Positions 23,216-37,295 of a stretch of 64,000 nt of DNA are shown here, piece after piece; positions within the stretch are counted from its first letter, which is position 1; each line of letters starts with the position of its first letter. This DNA comes from Octopus vulgaris (taxonomy: Eukaryota). The stretch lies in the NCBI GenBank assembly GCA_951406725.2, contig OX597816.1, positions 100,254,001 to 100,318,000 of the forward strand, in the 5' to 3' direction. The position numbers and the translations under genes are program-made. The notes under the pieces were generated by a model. It was not told the origin of the DNA. It ran no database searches and worked only from the letters and a program-made list of their open reading frames with translations.

Positions 23216-26200
23216 TGATATATAAACACGCGCACACACACACACACATACATACATATATATATAGTAATGTTTATATTCCAACATAATGTGGCAGTCC
23301 TGTAAAGGACGATGTTACTGTTGTTTTAACCCCAAGAAAACATCTTTTCCAACTGGCTAATGACACACAGTATGTGTCAGTATATAGCGTTTACAAGGGA
23401 GGTCATTGCTCCCTTCTCTAGCCTTATGTGATACTCTGGTACTATTATTGTATTTCTCTCACTCAGAGATTTAAAACAAGTTGTTTTTTCTCAATCAGCA
23501 ACTGTGTATCGCTGAAAGAATATATAGTATTTGCAAGTGGAGATAGCTTTTGTCACTAGGTGGTGATTGTCTCACACTGAGGATGGATAACATTCAGAAA
23601 CCCAGGTCTGTGAGTATCATGTAAGGAAAGAGATGGGAGCATGCATGTATATATATGTTGATCAGACAGGTTTCTGCATATTTTCCTTTTATCAAAATAC
23701 ACTCTCACCACTTTTTTTTAGAACAAACGTCCCCAAAGTACTGTCCATTGAAATTAAACTTTGAACCACTTGATGGCATATATGCATGTGTATAGGCATG
23801 TATGTATACATGCAAGGCTAATAGTACTACATTCATATGCAGTTCTATTAGTCATTGTGCTATTAGAGTACTATGGAATACATTTAGTTTATACTGTATG
23901 CTAAGAAGTTTTGTGTGTTAGTATACCTTTTAATACCTTCACAAAGCCATTAGACTAAACTCTTATATTACTATAAAGTTAAGCTGAAGGGATATAGTGT
24001 GTCCTTTGGATATGGTGTTAATGGATTTCATTTCACATTCCCACAAATTCTTGCTATTGTTTTATCTTGATAAAACATGTTTGGAATCAGAATTAAGGGT
24101 TGCACCCAAAGACAAAAAAAATATATATGTAGAAAGATTTGCTTTTAACTCACAGTCATCTTAATACTTATCCATTAAAATCATGTATATACTCTTTGTC
24201 CATAACAGCTTTCAAACTTTGACATGAAGATACGAGTTGATCAAATGCACTTCAAGCAGGATGCTTTTCCTACTGTAATCTACTCCAAACCAAAAATAAT
24301 AGTGGTACATGTTGTGAGTCAAGCAACTGTTGAAGGTAGACTTATATACCAACTCATCACTTAAAAAATAACTGGACATGATTTGAATTAATAACCAAAT
24401 TATTTACAGCCCAGCATTTTGAACCTTTAGTATTTGTAGTAAACAGTGATTTTTTACCTTGCAATCACATACTGAATTGTTTTCAGAAAGTATACATGTA
24501 TGATTATATTTCACTATCTTTCATTTCATAGTAAATTTTAGTAGGAAATTATTGCTAATAATATAACGAGACTCCTCTGTCAAAATGATGGATTATAATT
24601 AAGATGGTTCCATTTGATATTTGAAGGCATTGTGGATAGTACATTACAAGAAACCACCATACAGACAGGAGAACACTCATAGAACAGTAGTCCTTAAATA
24701 AAGGACTACATGTAATATTGTGAGTGGGTTTCATATGAAAAACTAGTATGTGTGGTTAGAAGATGCATTGGGTTGTTTGAGGAGAAGATGTATTCAGTTT
24801 ATTGCCAAATGTAGTGGTAATACTAATACATATTACTATATTGGTTTCTGAGGCTTTGATTCAGTAATTATGCTCTTTTATCACACAGCTGCAATATTTA
24901 TTTTTTAGCGTGCTTGCACATTCATACACATATAGGTATGTTCATTTTTCTGTGTGTGTGTGTGTGCATGTGAGTATGATGTGCATTCATTGTGCAAAAA
25001 TGTACACACAAACATGCATATACATCAGTAATTATTTATATTTAACTGTGAGTCATAAAATTAAAGGAATACTGTGACAAAATGGATATTCAAATACTTT
25101 AAAGAGCACAATGTTGAATATCTTATGCATCAAGAGTAGAATTTAATTTTATTGAATTTAATTTGAATGATATTTCTATTTATAATAATGGTAAAAGACT
25201 AATATCATTCCCATTAAACATTTAAAATTAATATTTTAATGTATTAAAAATATACTTCATGTTTTAAGCTGTGATAAAATATTTACCTGATATTCCTATG
25301 TAGTTGTTTGAAAATTATATTTCTTGATGATATCCTTCTAAGATCTATATTGAATTATGCCTATGATGTCAAACGTGTGGGTGTTTCATATGTAGGTGTT
25401 GACGTATGTAAGTAATTGCTATGTTTTAGTGATATAACTATGGAGCTGAGGGCTATGTTTGTTCTAGAAATCATATAGAGTTTTTCCCCATTGATGTCTA
25501 TGCAAAAGGAATAATGTTAGTAAAATACTAATTTCACAAATAGATGTGAAAGTTGCTAAAATATTGAAAAAATACTTAATTTAAAGCAGGCTTGATTGTT
25601 ATAAAGTTAATTTCTCTCAGCACTGAGTAGTGAATATTTTTCTGGAATATCTGGATGATGATGATCTATGATTATATCAAGTTTGTTTGAAATCAAAATT
25701 GTATTTATTTTGAAATATAAAGAAGTGACTCAGCCCAAATTGATGACAAAATAGTTTTGTTTTGTGGCATACAAAACTCTTATGTTACTATTAAAAGGTG
25801 ATTGCAACAATTTTAAACATTTTGTTTAGTATTGTAGTTACTGTTTGCTCTGTTTTATCTCATTTGATAGTCAAAACGTTTTGTAACAATTTACAATGTA
25901 ATTATATAAATAAATTTTGTAATGAAAGCACATCTATTCATTGAATATTGTTTCATATATGAAATTAAACAGAAAAGATGTGTTTGATTATTTCATGATT
26001 AAGTTGTAACAGAACAAATTATTTCATAAGATTTTGTTTTTATTCACGTTTGCAACATATCCTTGCATTGGTTCCTTTGTTAATAAGTGTAAGACTCAGG
26101 CAAAAATGAAATCTTAAAAAAAGCAACTCTCATACCAAAAATAAATTAGATACTTATACATATATTATTACATTTTTTCTTTTAATTGTATCTTATTAAT

Positions 26201-26999
26201 GATACACTAACACAGACAAATATGTGCAATGCACATACATGCACACACACACACACTAATAATAATAATAATAATATGAAATCAAAAAACATTTCTGGAA
26301 TAATAAAAAAACAATGGGAAAAGTAACAGCAAAATAGAATTCTACGTAAATAACTTTAAACATAGCGTTTAAATTTTATGCACTTCTTTGTTTGGAACAT
26401 CAAAAAATATATATGAGAGAATAGAAAAGAAGATAAAATGTTTCTTAAAGTTAATCCAGCACAATGAATTAACTGCCAAGCGAATAACACAAGTACATAC
26501 AATGGTACTTTTCATATATGGTAGTTTTCACATATAGAAAAGTATGTAGGTGTAAGGAAGTGTGTGTGATAAAAACATGTGAGTGTGCACAGGTGTATTT
26601 GGAGATGGGGGATATTTAAGTGCACAGGTAGGTGTTTTTCAATGTCTGAGATGTTGGTTTGAAAGGTAATAGTATTTGATAAAAACATGATTAAATGTTT
26701 TAGAGGTGTAGTGTGACAGTGTGTGTTTATGAGAGAAAGGTAAGAAACTAATGGGGGTGAAGTACACAGAAGATATGTGGTGATGTTGAAGAAAGACAGT
26801 GTTATTAAAGAAAACCAAAGCAGTTATCAATCCCAGTTGAGTAGGCTATGTTAAGAGGGAAAATTTGCTGTTATTTACAGTGCAAATAGGACATGAGGTC
26901 TATAGTGTAAAACAACATTGATGATGTAAGTTGCTTGTAGGTATAAATAGAAGACTGAATTGGTTTTGTCATATCAAACATCTAAAAAGTGCTTTTAAG

Positions 27000-28800
27000 A
27001 TGATTGGCTAGTCTTTGACTGGTTTTACCAACATGCAGCAACCCAATAAAACAGTCATCAGGGAGGGGGGGTTGCAGAAGAATCAAGAGAAGCAAAAGGA
27101 TTCAGGTTGGTGTGGTTTGTGATGAGAGAAGTCAGGACCAGAAAGTCATGTGGAATGTAAGTGCATCTCAAAGAAAGAAATGTGTTGAGAGAAGAAGTGG
27201 GAAGTAGCTGGTTCAAATTGGATGAGATGGAAATACCTTAGAGTAGATCATTAGAGCAGTAGGGTAGCAGGGTGGTAGATGATGAAGAAGAAAAGGCAGT
27301 TGGTAGTAGGTTAAATGTCAGCCCAACAACATAAAATAGTGTACTATTTAGTGTGACTAGGTATAAAAGTTGGAGTTATGTGTACAGAGCTAGCAGAGCT
27401 GAAGGTATTGTAAGTAGGGGGTCATAAATTTTGTGTGCATAAGGTGAAATAAAATGGAAAATTGAAGTAGAAATGAAAGTCATTTGGTTTGTAAAGAACA
27501 CAATTGGAGAAGTTGGTATGATCAACTGAGAGAGAAATGTCAAGGGAATCAGCTGAGGTGGTGGAGATGGTAGACAGGAAATCTAAAACTGGATGGGAAG
27601 AGTTCATAAGGTAAAGGAGATGATGTATTGATACAGTAATCAACATAAGTGTATAGTAATGGGATGAGTGTGGTGAATTTGGTGAAGATTTGGGCCTCTG
27701 TATGATCAACACACTGTTGCTGAAGTTCTTTGTGATTTCCATGGCAACTCCAGTAACCTGTTGGTAGAAGTTAATGAGGAACAGTAATTGGGTTTGAGCA
27801 TGGTACAATGGTCAGGGAAATATTTTAGGGTAGTGGCCCTTCATTATAAGTGATAATTGTGTACAGGAACTGAATGCTCATAGTGAAAGAACCATGAGCA
27901 ACAGGAAAGGGAAAGATTTGAAGAGGAAGATGTTGGGTTTGAGGTTGTAATTGTGTTACAGAAGGGTTAGAGATTGTAAATGTTTAACAGAGGGGCTTGG
28001 GGCTGTAAATATGTAACAGAAGGATTTGGGGTTGTAAATGTATAACAGATGGGCTGTAACCAAGAGTGAGAGGAGCTTGTTTTGGTATTTGAAAATAAGT
28101 TCAGTGAATCAGTTGTGCATGGAAATAGTGGAATAAGGGAAGTTATTGGTTTTATGGATCTTGAGCAAGAAGCAGACAGTGAAACTATGTAATGCACAGG
28201 GTAACATTAATGGTTGTGAGAGTGGGGAGAAAGGAGATATGAGTTAGCATATGTTCAAAAAGCAATTTACACTAGAATAGGGGTTTGAGTTGAGAAGTTG
28301 CTGAAATCAGACCACTACACCACCAGAGAACCACACATGTCAACTAGCTTGGTAACAATATCCTATCAGTGCCAGTGATGTGCAGAGTTATGCTCAGGTG
28401 ATGTTAAAGAATGTTAAATGTTTCAAAATCAAAGTGGTTCACTGTGTAGAGAAGCTTGTAAAAATGCTTCTAAAGTTTTTAACTGTCAGTGGTTAGGAAT
28501 CCAATCTAATATATATTAGTTAAGGTCAGCAGAGTGATCAGAGTTACTAGTTATAAGCAATTTCTGTAGTGGAAAAATGGCATATAGCACTGACTGTCAG
28601 AAACCACTTGAAGTCAGTCTGAGCCTGGAATAAATGAGGTGAAGGGTATGAAGCAGAGATTCCAAGGATGGAATGTCTAATATTGGTAAGATGTAGGCTG
28701 GAGGGTTGGGAGTAGAGTAATAATAGCATTTGAGGGAGAGATAGGTTTTAAGACTGTTGAGATAGTAGATGTTACGTCAACGATGAGTTGAGCTTACTTT
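27000..28800 (-). mobile_element. Old Penelope-like element RT relic (second subfamily)
   Basis: ORF 27422-27808 has YQQVTGVAMEIT and HPVLDFLSTISTTSADSLDISLSVDHTNFSNCVLYKPNDFHFYFNF, matching PLE RT motifs Y.Q..GVAMG and HP.LKFT..S...FLDI..YKPTDSH.YL. Outer boundaries are uncertain. Confidence 0.7.
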
Positions 28801-29651
28801 CTTTGGCATGGAAGAAGAAACTGAATAAAAGTCTGTTGAATTGAAGGGAAAAGTTATGAAATGGGTTATGAAAGCATTTAACAATAAGTAAAGCAGATTC
28901 AAGTTTATTAAAAGTACATTTGGCCTTTAAGATATAACAATATCAGAAACTGTAAAATTATTTGGAAGATAATAGAACATGCCAAGCCATATGATCAAGG
29001 TGATGATGGCTGTGATCTTTGTCATTCATGGAAAATGACTATTGCTCCATAGGAATTCTGTCTTAAATACTCGTTTAGAGCTAACATATTTTTGGTATCA
29101 TAGTTCAAAATATTTGTTGATATATATTAAAATGTCTAATAGCTGAACACCAGATAACTTTTTATTGCACTGATACTTGCCCCAAATAAGTCAAATATTT
29201 TCTTTTGTTTGTATACATTTCATGTTGAATGATTTGTTGTCATAAATCAGAATTTTTCATATTGAAATATTTCAAAATGCTTAGTGCATGAATGTTAAAG
29301 AACCTTGTATTATGTTGTTACACATTCTAACCAAATCAGAAGATTTTTCTATTGTCAATGTACATATTCAACATTATTCATTTCATGTATAAATATGAGA
29401 TGGATTGAGTCATTTTATTACTTTTGAATCAGTAAAATGTGAACCTCAGAATTGCAATTTAAAGGTTTCAGCTTCAAATAAATTTTATATTATTCTAAAT
29501 TTTATTGAATTTATTTTTCTTCTGCACTGTTTTATATTGTTGTATATTTCCATTATACTTCTCTCTTTCTCTCTTCTCATATATGCATGCATATACTTTA
29601 TGTGTGTGCTCAGGTATGTGAAGATACATGTACATTACACATATAAATATA

Positions 29652-29700
<49 letters not shown>

Positions 29701-31267
29701 GTGTGTATATATACATATGCAAACATAAGTTTGTATGCATGTATACACACATACGTACATATGTATACATAGAGAGAGAGAGAGGAAGGGAGGAGGGAAA
29801 TACAGTGATAGACTAATAGATAGATATATATGTTTTATGTATGCGCAGCTGTATGTGTAGATATTTATAAATGTATATATATATTAATTAGCACATTCAA
29901 CCTCAACTGGATGTGTTATTTATAGCAATTAAAATTGCAGTAAATGTCCCAAGAAATAATTTCATTTAAACAACAAATGCTAAAAAGCACTTATTTCATC
30001 AGCACAGATAATTGGTTGATATTTCATGAGCACTGGCAGATAGTACTGTTGTATTATTTGATTTCACTGTATGGATCATCAACAACAGTCAACCAAACAC
30101 TGAATGCCAGACAAGAAATCAATTAAAATAATATAATTTAGCACTGGCTAAACAGTCAATGATGTCACAAAAAGCTGGAAAAAACAATAGAAGGGTCCAG
30201 TGAAATTGCTGTGGGGAATGGAATATCCAATGTTTGGGACTGAGTTCTTTGGCAAGTATGAGGAGAGAGAAGCACAAACTCATCCTCAATTTCCAAATCC
30301 TACTCTTTGACCCCACAGCCACTTCAATCTTTCCCACAGCACCTTTACTTATCTTTAAAAAATGGTAGGAATTTTAGCTGCATCCTAGTTAGTAGTTCTG
30401 TACACAAAAACCAAACATTTTTAAGTGCAGTCATTGATAGTATGGCACCTGCCTCTACATGAACAATACTACAACAAACACTGGGCCTAAGTTTCAGTAT
30501 CTCATTACTCAAAACTTTTGTTCCTCATCTTCCAAACTCATACTGTATCATCTGCTAACTTTGCAGTGCTCTTTGTATTGGAGAAAGAGACTATCACTTT
30601 GTCAATCACTTTCAAGAGTAGATTCAAAGCACACTGTTACATAAGCCTGGCCAATCTGTTGTCACCTACTTCAACATAACAGGCCATTCCATTACCCACT
30701 TATCAATGTGTGATACTTCCACACTGATAGATCTGCATGCTCAAGGAAATGGAAAAATGTTACATTTTTGAACTGATACCATGTCAAATGAACGGTTTTC
30801 TTTCTACTCCCACACCTCAATGTTCAGCAGTCACATTCTTATCTCTAAAATCTTATAAATTACCTCGTCATTTGTTTGGTTTCAGATATCAGGTCACTAC
30901 AACAGAATGTAATGAAGTGTGTTCTGGATGATCTATTGCAGTTAGACATACAAAGATGCATGCAACACCCACTGCTGAGTTCCAAATAACTGCAATAATA
31001 AAATGTACATACAAACTAATAACTTATACATACAAACTAATATCTTATAACTTCTGTTTATAATTATATAATATGTTACATATTTATCATATCATACCTT
31101 GATACTATGTAGACTAAGATCCCCGTTGACAGGCCACAGATATTTATAAAATGTTAAACACTTTCGGTATGCAAATTAGGGACTCCTTCATAGAGTAACT
31201 GCTGCATTTGTTGAGTATATAAACAGTTTGGCTGCTTGTTTCTCTGGAGAGTGTCAGAATGATGTGG

Positions 31268-31315
31268 ATGCCTCTGATGAGAACCCAATAAGGTTTGAAA
31301 ATTGATTAAGATTGT
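31268..31315 (+). ncRNA. Decayed hammerhead-like motif
   Basis: CTGATGA(31274-31280)-GAACC caataa GGTTT-GAAA(31297-31300). Stems I and III are eroded; a (TA)n array begins about 80 nt downstream. Confidence 0.45.
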
Positions 31316-31379
31316 TCATAATTTTTTTCAGTCTGCAGAGAAATGACTAAAATTTGCCCTGTTTATAATTATACCATGT

Positions 31380-31432
<53 letters not shown>

Positions 31433-32339
31433 ATAGATATATTGTTGTGGATGAGGAGTAATTTCGGTTTTAATGCCTTATCATTTAACACAGTCACTGG
31501 CTCAATTTCCACTCATTATTTTTCTTTCCTAAAATTTTCATTGCTTCTTGCAACCTCTTCAATAGTTGATCATTCTGTCTGTTATCGGAGCTGTGTTCTT
31601 TTTGTTTGTGCATCAGTGTGTTTGTGTATACAGATATGTATGTATGTATTCTGCATGTATGTATTATGTGTGTGTGTCTCCTTGTGCATGCCTGTGTGAG
31701 TGTGTCTATGTGTATGGATTTGTGTGACTATGTGCATGCGTCTTTTATGTATGGATGTGTCCTTATGTGTGTGTGGAGTGTGTATCCGATCATGTGTTTC
31801 CATCTCCTTTTATGTATGTATGTAGGTATCTATCTATGTATATGTGTGCTTGTAAGTCCATATTACCTATGTACCTATGTATCTACTTAGCTATATGTTT
31901 TGCTACATACCCATTTACCTACCTATATATATATCAATGTGTGTTGCAAGATGCCTGATGTGAAGTCATGTGTTGAAACGGACATTGTTTTATTTCAAGA
32001 TGGTCATTTTCATTTATTTATTTTCATTTTCGCCAAATAAGCATATGTGCTCTATATTTGTTCTTCACTAGTTTATTACTATTCTTATTTTTTTTTAAAT
32101 TTTAACTTATGACCATTGGGGGTGTAGTTCCTTGTAAGTTTTCATCACTTTTTTGGTTTTCCTGTCCATTTTCTCATGCTCATTCTTTGTCCACCTAACA
32201 ACACCTGTGCCATATCACATTAAGGAAACAGCCCATATTTTCATTACCCTGATCTTGTTTCTTCTAATGATCCCACTTCCCATAATTAATTTGGTTCTTC
32301 CTTCATTTCACTTTCCTTGATTTTGATTATTATTATTTA

Positions 32340-34877
32340 ATATGTCGCACAGTATCCAATATTGTGATATTGTTGATTGAAGATATTGTGTCTACCAGAT
32401 ATTTGTACTGTCTGTCAAGTCACAACAAGGACCTCAGATAGACAGGACTTTACTTAATATACATGTAGTTCCAAGTAATGCCGATTTTTGTGATACGACT
32501 AGATTGTAAGGTATTTCTAAAGTTTCCAGATGTCTTTCAGGTTGGGTGGTATTGATCCCAATGCTCCAATGACAGTAGGGGCAACCTTTATGTTTGACTC
32601 TTGTACTTGCCATATCTTGGCAATCTCAGTTCTCAGGCCTCCATATTTATCGATTTTTTTCCTCTTTCTTTCATATGTTGATTTCCTGGCACTGCCATGT
32701 CGATCAATATCATTAGGCACTCTTTTTTGTCCCTCCTAAAATACTTTGTCTGTCTGGAAGTCAAAACCCTAGAGGATTTTTGCCTTCCCCTTTTTGTCTA
32801 TTACCTCTTCCAGTATATGTTGGTACCAAGCACCCATTACATCATACCCATACTTCTGGCATAGTAGCCAATGAATGTTTTGGGCCAGCTTGTCATGTCT
32901 GCACTTGTACTCTTTCTGCACAAGACTTTCACAAGCACTAACAATGTGAGTCACACTTTCGACCCTCTTCCCACATATTCTGCAGAAGTTTGTTGCACTT
33001 CTGTGGTATATATCTCTTTTCACTGAGTTGGCATTCAATGCCTGATCCTGGGCAGCGATGATTAGGCTTTCAGTATTTTTTTTTAGGTCAACCTTGCTGA
33101 GCTGCCTCCATGATGTTTCCTGATCTTTTAAGTTGTTAGTTTCACGGTGGAAATGACCATGTAATTTCATGCAGAGTAGGGTTTTTTCCTCTCTCGGCTG
33201 TTCATGATTAGAATTCATGAGCACTCTCAAGTCCATTTTTGGTAAATCCTTCTGGATTAGCAGCATACTGTAGCAGGTCTTGTTTTCTGTTTACCAAATA
33301 TTCTGACATGTTTCTTCTTTGACTGTTGATGCACTCTCATATGCTAATCATCCAACGTTCACCTTTACCCCTCTTTATGTAGAGCCTCTGTACAGTCGCC
33401 TTAGAGTGGAGGGCACCATGCATTGTCATTGCCTTTCAGGTAGTTGGATCAAGTTGGTTAGTCTCCCTTGTGTCCATTTCAGGATGGGTGCACTATAGTA
33501 AATTATAGCAACAGTCCATATGTTGATGGCAGTCACAAGGTTCCTTTATATCATTTCTCTGTGTAAGATATTGTCCAGCACTAGGATCCCAAGGTACTTG
33601 TACCCATCATCATCCAGGTCTTCCATTCTCTCTCCATTTGGCACCTTCTATGCCCCTACAATCTGCTCTTTTCTCCTGTTTCAAAGTAAGTGCATGCTTT
33701 AAGATACCAAATAACATCCGTATATCCTTGATGCACACCTGTACAGTCTCATCCAGTCTCTCCATTTCAGGCTCTGTATTTGCGAACAGTTTTAAATCAT
33801 CCATGAAGAGAAGGTGGTTGAGATGAGGTCCTTTCTTTTTCAACTCATAGTACACATTGATTTTACGTAGGACTACAGAAAGTGGGATTAGTACACACAT
33901 TTTCTCAGCTATTCCACACACATCAAGTGTTTCTAAAATCCACGAATGCAGCAACATGTCATAAGAATTTTTTTAAAGTCTATCCAGGCCATACACAAGT
34001 TTTTTGGTACCGATTATAGTTTTTTGTAAAAACCTTGTCTATCACAAGGTGGTTTTTTTGTGCTCTTGGATCCTTTTTGGCATCCGTTTTGTTCTACTAG
34101 AAGTAGATTGTTTTCTACAAGGAACCTTTGTATTTTCCCTGCGAGGATGCCTGCTAACACTTTTCATAGGAGGTTAAGACAAGCAATGGGTCGGTAATTA
34201 CCAACTCCATTGCCCTTTGACCAATCTTTAATCAACAATGTTGTCTTTCCCTCTAGAATCCACTCTGGAACTGCTCCACTCTGTAAGCAATTGTCTAATT
34301 GCAATGCAATTTGCTTGTGTGTTGACCTAAAACACTTGAGCCAGTAACTTTGCATTCTGTCTGGTCCTGCCACTTTCCCGTTTGGCAGTTTTTTTACCAG
34401 TGCAATTTCATCCTCCGTCGTTATGCGTACATGGTCCTGATGTGGAGCCTCCGAGTGATAGAGTTTGGATCTCACGGAATGAGTTCACTCAGTGCTGTGG
34501 TTGTGGGAAACTTCTTGCCCCCAGAGATTATTCCAAAACTGGTGGGTTTCCTCTGATTCAGGAGGTATATTATCTTCTGTATCTCCTCCTAAGCTCATAA
34601 AAAACTACCTCTGGTTATTTAAGAATAACTGGTTTTGCTGGAACAGCAATATATAATCAGTGTAGTGTTGCACCTTTAATGTTTTCGCCCACTCACATTT
34701 TAGGGTTCTGATAACAGTTTTGAAGTCTTTCTTTTCTATTTGGCATTTTGCATCAAGACATGTTCTTGCACCTTTATTAGCATTTTTCCATTGCCCTTTG
34801 AACCATTCCTCTATGCAACTCAGATCTTTATGCAAAGTTTTAATATCACCTTCAATTCTCCACTTCCACCTCAGCTC
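32340..34877 (-). mobile_element. R4/Dong-clade non-LTR retrotransposon (RT plus CCHC finger plus restriction-like endonuclease), 5'-truncated and disrupted
   Basis: KVAGPDRMQSYWLK, NYRPIACLNLL, HLLFMDDLKLFA, TESLIIAAQDQAL, CRICGKRVESVTHIVSAC..YKCRHDK, KIDKYGGLRTEIAKIW..VIGALG, QKSALLGT with stop at 32434-32436; flanked by (TAA)n-like tracts. Confidence 0.92.
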
Positions 34878-34894
34878 ATTATTATTGTTGTTAG

Positions 34895-35190
34895 GACACA
34901 TGACCTAGTGATTAGAGTGTTGCACTCACGATTGTGAGATCATTGTTTCAATTCTTAGGCCAGGTGGTGTGTTGTGGCTCTTGAGCAAAACACTTCATCT
35001 CATTTTGCTTTGCGATCAGTTAGACACCTAACACATGGTACACCATGCAGCTGTTCAGACAATGTTGATTTGATGGAGAGAGTGAGTTAATGTGTGGCAG
35101 AAACATTTGATCACTATAAACAAATCATTTGTGCAGGCCATTCAGCAAAAAGCTGAATGCTCACACATTGTCTTTGATGGGAGTGTCCAT
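34895..35190 (+). mobile_element. tRNA-headed SINE
   Basis: acatgacctagtgattagagtgttgcactcacgattgtgagatcattgtttcaattc (degenerate A/B boxes); the segment aaacatttgatcactataaacaaatc also occurs at about 55502. Confidence 0.65.
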
Positions 35191-35632
35191 TGTAAATATA
35201 TATATATAAATACATATATAATGTGTATATATAATGTATCTGTATATTTATAAGTATATATATGTATATATGTGTGTGTTTGTGTACATATATATATGTG
35301 TGTGTGTATGTACTGTATAATAGTAAGCACTTGGTTATAAATACATAGGTACACATCCAGTTGTATATTGGATATTTAATATCCCTTAGTTGGTTTCTTA
35401 ACCTCTAAATCATACAGACATATACGTATGTATGTATACACACACACACACACACATATGTATGTATATATAGGTATATATATCTACAGATATGTATATA
35501 TAAGGTAAATGTATAGGGATGAATTATCCAGGTGAGCACTGCAGTAACTCTTAGTTATATTCCAGGTTATGGCTAACTGCATCAAGTAGTAATAAGTGCA
35601 AATGATTGCTTAGTGTTAGCAATCCTGCTGTA

Positions 35633-35716
35633 ATTCTTCTGATGGGTAACTCTGGATTCACTTCTCTGGATCATGGATAGTATCAAGAATGTAGATTTCA
35701 AACAATTATAAAGAAT
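35633..35716 (+). ncRNA. Decayed long-stem-II hammerhead-like motif
   Basis: ATTCTT-CTGATGG-(imperfect long stem II)-CAAAC-AATT-ATA-AAGAAT. Stem I ATTCTT/AAGAAT is intact; the core carries substitutions. Confidence 0.42.
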
Positions 35717-37044
35717 ACAGAGACTGGTATGTTATCAAAGTTTTCCCTTAATTTTACAGTTGGTCATACTGCATAATTAGTTGGTCTAAATGATGTACAC
35801 ATTTTTCTGCTGCACAGAATATGAGCAGTTGCACATACAACCCAGCATAATCTTATGTGCACCTTTATTCAGGGTCCTTCAACAAGTGTGGTTGAAAGTG
35901 AAAATCCAATATGGCTACAAAGTTTATTCTTAGGATGACCTCAGCTTAACATCAGTGCCAGGGTTGAAATTGGGAGTTTAATTTGTACTATAATGGGAAA
36001 AGCTGCTTATTAATTAGGTATGTAACAATAAGTACTAAAAGAAAGCAATTATCAAAGGGTTGACCATCTGGAAATATTTTTATAAATTCATGTTCTAAGA
36101 AATTTCCTATAATTCTGATTTCTGAAGTTTATTGAATTTTTTTCATGGCATTCACTGTGTCCACTTCTTCACAAATCTAAATATCCATTGCATTCACTGC
36201 ATAGTATTCCATTTTTATTTGCAAAGTCTCACTTTCTCTTTTAATGTTTGCATTTCAAGTTTTAATTTGCTATTTGAAAGACTGACAGTTTATTCTTTTA
36301 ATATATATGTAAAAACATTATTTAATGAATGAGAATTTAAAAAAATACACGGATAATTTTTGTAAAAAAAGATTAAAAGTAATTTTGTTGTTATGGCGGT
36401 TTGGAATGCTATAAGCCTTACAATAATTTTCCTTTTTTACTTAAAAAGCATAGGAGGAGCCTTTTCAGTTTAAAAAAAAAAACCTGAACAAATTGTTAAT
36501 ATTTTCAGAAGAAATGGTGAACAATTCAAGGGAGGTTTCACTGTTGCTTCTAACACAATCTAACCACTCCCCTTTCACTCTCACATATATTGGCGTTTTT
36601 TTTTCAATATTTTTTCTCCCATTAAACACATTTTATGGAATGATGATGCCAAAGTAACACACGTGTTGTCCATTGGTGGGAAAAAACAACAAAATATACT
36701 GTAATCTAAATTTTTAGTCCCACTGTCACTTTGAAATCACAGTCTGTTCTCTGACAAAACTTCGTGCTGCATCACTTTTGTCAGTGAACAGGTGGTTTCA
36801 AAGCAACAAAAATATTTTGACACATATGCAATTTAAATGTTGAAGTGAAACTGTTTTTTTGTGGTCTTGAATGGCTTACAAACATCTTCCATGCTGCAAT
36901 TGTTTTTGTTTCAGCACCCAATCTTAGATCAAGTCACTTGCTTTGCAAGTACATTTCCATGATCTTTTTAAATCACTGTGGATATTATCAAGTGGCTAGC
37001 AGAAAACCACTTATATATATATTTCAATTAGGTCAAAGTATATT

Positions 37045-37295
37045 TTAGCCACTCTCTGCTTCAAGACAACTCTGGAATCTGACACATGCATTCCTTACTG
37101 TGTACTTGGGAAGATCTTCAAATACCTCTTTGATCTAAGGCAGAGCAGCTGGTGTCTTTAACAACTGCACCCCTGATGTTTGAAGATATATTCTGCCCCT
37201 GAACATCTGTTGGGATTCACATGTCCTATTTTGCCCACAAGTCCTATGATACTGAATCAAACTGTTATTAAATACATGTAACCCCTACCAAATGT
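37045..37295 (-). mobile_element. Tc1/mariner-superfamily transposase C-terminal relic
   Basis: Minus strand IKEVFEDLPKYTVRNACVRFQSCLEAESG*, matching the ACxRFRxRLEAVxxAxG terminus. Confidence 0.65.

Noticed and set aside
31954-32000. cctgatgtgaagtcatgtgttgaaacggac, HHR-like spacing
   Set aside because: Core is CUGAUGU and stems II and III do not pair; probably a repeat relic but not supportable as a ribozyme.
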